Assembly: GCA_037143195.1 (NCBI GenBank)
Contig: JBAWZD010000001.1
Coordinates: 208,892 to 272,891, forward strand
Length of the DNA: 64,000 bases
Origin: a bacterium
Lineage (GTDB): Bacteria > Patescibacteriota > Minisyncoccia > Phycocordibacterales > UBA9973
Direction: 5' to 3'
Translations under genes and position numbers: made by a program
Part shown: positions 60,244 to 64,000 of the stretch, one piece after another
Numbering within the stretch: position 1 is the stretch's first letter
Layout: every line of letters starts with the position of its first letter
The notes under the pieces: model-generated
What the model saw: only the letters and a program-made list of their open reading frames with translations
What the model was told of the DNA's origin: nothing
Database searches by the model: none

Positions 60244-61245
60244 TTACTTGAGATATCGAGCAATATTCTTTAAATGCTCGGCGTATGTTTTCGCGTAATG
60301 GATAGTACCATGCTTGTCGTGAAGATAATAGAGGTAGTCGGTTTGAGCCGGATGAATGGCTGCCTTGAGTGCCATGAGCCCTGGATTGGCAATCGGAGCT
60401 GGGGGTAGGCCCTTGTATTTGTACGTATTGTACGGAGAATCAATTAGAAAATCGTTTTTTTGAAGTTCGGTGTCAGATTTCTTGCTTGCATAGGCAACAG
60501 TTGCATCGACTTGAAGCGCCATACCATTTGCTATTCTGTTCCAAAGAATACCACTAATCGTTGTCCGGTCATCGCTCCCGTGTGCTTCTCGTTCTATTAA
60601 TGATGCCATGATAACAATGTCGCTTTGACTTTTCCCTTTTTCCGATTCCTGAGTTAGTACTGCTTTCGTTTGCTGGCTGAACATCGCGAGCATTTCTTTG
60701 CGTAATTCCTCGGGTGTAATTGTTGGGTAGACATAATATGTTTCTGGAAACAAATAGCCTTCGTTCGATTTTGAAATTGCAAGAAATGTTTTGGTGTCGA
60801 ATGTTGGAATTTTTTTTGCAATCGTGTCAGCAACTTCAGCATTGGTCTCTCCTTCGGGAATTGTAATTTTGATCTGATCAACGCCGTGTTGTCCAAGTGC
60901 GATTTGCTGAGCTATCGCAAACAACGTTTCGCCACTCTTAACAACATAATCTCCCGGAGAAATGTTTCTCTCGCCACCCAAAAATGTCACGATACTTGAG
61001 AAAAGAACTCGGGAACGAATAATATTCGCGTTCTGGAGTTTTGTCCCAACAGATTTGAGTGATTCCCCGCTCGTGATTGTAATGGTCGCGCCCTCTTTTG
61101 GAAAATCGCTCGGTGCTTTTATTGCAAACCACACAAAACCAAGTGCGAGGAGAAACACCACGAAAAACGCCCGGAGCCGGTTTCGCCCAATGGGCGAAAC
61201 CGGCTCATGCATTTCAAGTTCAGTTCTATTCTCGCTTGATTCCAT
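60244..61245 (-). CDS. mltG: Endolytic transglycosylase MltG
   Basis: TIPEG, EGYLFPETY, ASLIERE and SPYNTY...GLPP.PIANPG. Confidence 0.96.
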   Translation of the reverse strand: MESSENRTELEMHEPVSPIGRNRLRAFFVVFLLALGFVWFAIKAPSDFPKEGATITITSGESLKSVGTKLQNANIIRSRVLFSSIVTFLGGERNISPGDYVVKSGETLFAIAQQIALGQHGVDQIKITIPEGETNAEVADTIAKKIPTFDTKTFLAISKSNEGYLFPETYYVYPTITPEELRKEMLAMFSQQTKAVLTQESEKGKSQSDIVIMASLIEREAHGSDDRTTISGILWNRIANGMALQVDATVAYASKKSDTELQKNDFLIDSPYNTYKYKGLPPAPIANPGLMALKAAIHPAQTDYLYYLHDKHGTIHYAKTYAEHLKNIARYLK

Positions 61246-61251
61246 ACAAAA

Positions 61252-62565
61252 TTAAATAGGCAAATTTGAAGGTGGCTTGGCAACACGTGATTCGACACGC
61301 TTGAACGAAGGCGCTTGCGAAACCTGACCTGGGAAATGAAAGAGTGTTGCAAGTTCTTCCACATTTAAAACAGAGATAGTAAGCGGTTTTGCTCCAGTAA
61401 ATGCTTGAATAGTTGGTCCGTAATCAAACGAGTACCATAGTGGTGGATGATAAAAAATACGCAAACGGTACCAGTTCAATGTACGATTTTTCAATTTCCA
61501 AATAGCGAGTCCTGTTGGGTCAGCAAACGGCGAGTCGAATTGTGTTGCGTTTATGCGCACGAGACTGTTACTGTCCGGCGCATTATATTGACGAAACATC
61601 AAACGACTTGAACGGCGGAGTCCGTTGAAATCTTCAACTGTATTGTATCGAGCATCGGCCACACACATCAATCGGATTCCAACATCAAAACCAAGTTTCG
61701 CGATTTTCTCACGAATCTTTTCCATCTTTTCTTCGATTGTACGTGGGGCACGAACTTCAGACGCGTATGTTCCCGCTTTTGGTCCACCTTCTTGGAGACG
61801 GTACTGACGATACGGATCAAGCATGCGCTCCATTACAGCGTGAGCCTCGTCCACCCATCCGTGATGTTTTGGTGCTCCGTGACCGTGACCGTGGTACGAC
61901 TTGAGCGATGGTCGAACCACGTGCTGAATCCACACTTGCTGACCACGCTTCAATGCCCCGAGATATTCAATCGTCGGAGTCAGTGGATCAATCTTGAGTG
62001 TTTCCTTATCACTTGGCTCATCAAGGCCGTAGTCTTTATATGTACGAATAGGAAGTGCGTCGTCGTTCAGTAATTTCCATTCAGCACCCCACACATACCA
62101 ATCCTTATTTGGTGCATCAAACGGTACAGAGAGTGTGTAGTCCTCGACTTCTTTTACTTTTGCTTGTGGATATTGAGCATAAATTTGCGTCTCGACGAGA
62201 TCACGGATACGCGAAGGTGATCGAATATAGAAATGAACTTCGCCGTTAAAACCTGCGATCTCGAGTGAAAACCAAAAGTGTGGCGCACCTTGAATCCAAA
62301 TTTCCCAAAGCCCCTTTTGACTGGCATGATACATCGCATTCGTAAAAATGAGCTCCATGGCCATCGGAGATTTTTCGACATCACGAGGAACTTCGATTTC
62401 AAACAATGTCCATGTCATACCGAGAACGAAACGTTCCGTCACAAAGTGATGCCACAACTGAAAACCGATATACATCAAAAGAATCGGCGCCCACAAAAAC
62501 GCAGTCTTCTCTGCGAGCATGAGTACGAAGGAAAGTATGGTTCCGATGATGCTTAAGATGATCAT
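61252..62565 (-). CDS. Membrane-anchored conserved hypothetical protein
   Basis: N-terminal TMs; FSLEIA, QIYAQYP, PIRTY and LNVEELATLFHFP resemble domains preceding VirB4/TraG-like ATPases. Confidence 0.7.
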   Translation of the reverse strand: MIILSIIGTILSFVLMLAEKTAFLWAPILLMYIGFQLWHHFVTERFVLGMTWTLFEIEVPRDVEKSPMAMELIFTNAMYHASQKGLWEIWIQGAPHFWFSLEIAGFNGEVHFYIRSPSRIRDLVETQIYAQYPQAKVKEVEDYTLSVPFDAPNKDWYVWGAEWKLLNDDALPIRTYKDYGLDEPSDKETLKIDPLTPTIEYLGALKRGQQVWIQHVVRPSLKSYHGHGHGAPKHHGWVDEAHAVMERMLDPYRQYRLQEGGPKAGTYASEVRAPRTIEEKMEKIREKIAKLGFDVGIRLMCVADARYNTVEDFNGLRRSSRLMFRQYNAPDSNSLVRINATQFDSPFADPTGLAIWKLKNRTLNWYRLRIFYHPPLWYSFDYGPTIQAFTGAKPLTISVLNVEELATLFHFPGQVSQAPSFKRVESRVAKPPSNLPI

Positions 62566-62582
62566 AGTTCTAATCTAGTATA

Positions 62583-63026
62583 TCAGAACGTAACGGGAAT
62601 TGGATACAAAAGCCCGCTCGAACTTGTTACAAGTATTTTCCCTGTGTCAGTTGTTGGTGGTTTGGTCAGACGAATGACGGTATCAAAATATATTGGATAT
62701 GTTCCGTTGTCGCTCGGTATAGCAAGCATAGTTGGTGCACTCATCGGCAGACCCATTCCATCAAAAACTTGGACGATACCTGCACTTCCGTTTTTGGGAT
62801 CCCAGCCACAGCCGTTGATATATCCATCAATCTCGACAGGAAATTGTGCCTTTTCATTTGTGCTGTAAGTTGGATGTTGGACAGTGAGACCACACGGAAG
62901 ACGCAAAATCTTTTTGTAATTGACGGTGTCCCAAAAAGCAGGAGCGTTACGAAAGAAACCAATCAAAAATAGCACCGCAACAATGCCGGCAATGATGAGT
63001 ACAAAATTTCCTCGTTCGTGATTCAT
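62583..63026 (-). CDS. Membrane-anchored Ig-like hypothetical protein
   Basis: Pilin-like N-terminus (ERG|NFVLII) with a TM, a beta-rich domain and an IPVTF end. Confidence 0.6.
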   Translation of the reverse strand: MNHERGNFVLIIAGIVAVLFLIGFFRNAPAFWDTVNYKKILRLPCGLTVQHPTYSTNEKAQFPVEIDGYINGCGWDPKNGSAGIVQVFDGMGLPMSAPTMLAIPSDNGTYPIYFDTVIRLTKPPTTDTGKILVTSSSGLLYPIPVTF

Positions 63027-63042
63027 GCATATATTTTATCAC

Positions 63043-63087
63043 ATCAAAAGAAAAACCACTCATTGAATGAGTGGTTTTTCTTTTGAT
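63043..63087 (-). terminator. Intrinsic terminator
   Basis: atcaaaagaaaaaccactcatt / aatgagtggtttttcttttgat. Confidence 0.8.
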
Positions 63088-64000
63088 TAGACTGGAGAAT
63101 ATTTCTTGTCTTTGTTTTTCTTGAAATACTTTGGATTCTGAAGATTGACGAGGATGGTGTTCTTTTTGAGATAACGCTCTTTGAGAACTTTGTCGACGAC
63201 TTCTTCTTTGGTGAGTGGTCCTTCGCGCTTCAAGATTTCTTTGATGACATCGCGGACAACACCTGGCTTGTATCCCCATTCACTGAGGGCGTACATTCCG
63301 CGCCCAACGAGAACGAAACGATTGTCTTTGATGAGTTCATTGTGACACGTTGCTGTGTGACACTTCTTTTCAAAAGTATTTGTGATCGCTTCAGCCACTT
63401 CACGGAAATGCATCGGACTACCGTGCTTGCGCATCATGAGATATGCGTAGTCTTTGATTCCGCGAGCCTTCACTCCAGCTGCTGAAGACTTGCCCCATTC
63501 GCCGAGTGGATTCTTACAGATTCCTTTTGAGAGACAGAGCCATCGCTTTGCCATTTCTGCATCGCGCTCGCTCACATTGATCTGTTTCAATTCTTCAAGG
63601 AAACGGTCAACCATTTCACTTTCAGTAATGAGTTCATCGTCAGAGAGTTTCGAGTAGAGTGATGAAAGTGATGTGTGGACTTTGCCTGCGAGCTCATGGT
63701 CGACACTCCAGCGAGAAACGTAGTCATCGTCTTCGCGGTGCTTGATGAAATCATCACCGAGTACGAGGTAGAAGTGAACATGGTTCTGAACTTCTTCATC
63801 TTTTGAAATCGATTCGAGGAGGTCATGTTCTGCAACGAGTCCGCCGAGTTCAGTAACGATTGCTTTCAATTCATCCCAGCTTTGCTTCTCACTCTTGTAG
63901 TCTTCCGACTTTTTGATGAGTGCAAGTGCTGCTTGTTCAATCTGACGTACGCGCTCTCGTGTGATGCCGTATTTATCGCCGATCGCTTCAAGTGTCTTTC
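63087..64000 (-). CDS. Sigma70 region-4 HTH + tandem winged-helix (HARE-like) protein (5'-partial)
   Basis: Frame open to the window edge: KTLEAIGDKYGITRERVRQIE; C-terminal PMHFREVA..HNELIKD.RFVLVGRG.YAL. Confidence 0.8.
   Translation of the reverse strand, partial: KTLEAIGDKYGITRERVRQIEQAALALIKKSEDYKSEKQSWDELKAIVTELGGLVAEHDLLESISKDEEVQNHVHFYLVLGDDFIKHREDDDYVSRWSVDHELAGKVHTSLSSLYSKLSDDELITESEMVDRFLEELKQINVSERDAEMAKRWLCLSKGICKNPLGEWGKSSAAGVKARGIKDYAYLMMRKHGSPMHFREVAEAITNTFEKKCHTATCHNELIKDNRFVLVGRGMYALSEWGYKPGVVRDVIKEILKREGPLTKEEVVDKVLKERYLKKNTILVNLQNPKYFKKNKDKKYSPV

Overview
A gene-dense chromosomal segment in the standard genetic code. It is most likely from a Patescibacteria/CPR (Parcubacteria-like) bacterium, inferred from the gene content, compact housekeeping proteins and many promoters sitting 6-9 nt before the ATG. 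Core genes include atpG/D/C, metK, rsmI, a CtpA-like protease, rplI, rpmA, rplU, gltX, murG, ftsW, mraY, murE, scpAB, aspS, trpS, cysS, dnaB, recR, dnaJ, gatB and mltG, interspersed with ORFans. I saw no rRNA, tRNA, CRISPR array or transposase. The best candidates for undescribed biology are: (1) a two-copy 71-nt intergenic element whose every substitution preserves a 3-way-junction fold (54561-54631, 58711-58781); (2) a transcriptional T-box with an ultrashort Stem I and an Asp specifier upstream of aspS; (3) a TrpR/HisR-type repressor gene whose own His4 tail appears to act as an attenuator leader; (4) a six-gene split signalling module with two stand-alone membrane sensors, a DMT transporter, a DUF2156-like protein, a small adaptor and a soluble GAF histidine kinase, but no response regulator; it is divergent from (5) a speB / DHS-like / speA polyamine locus. 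A SAM-I riboswitch precedes metK, and the atp operon carries a HEPN RNase gene and an antisense micro-ORF. All calls come from motif reading by eye; no searches were run.
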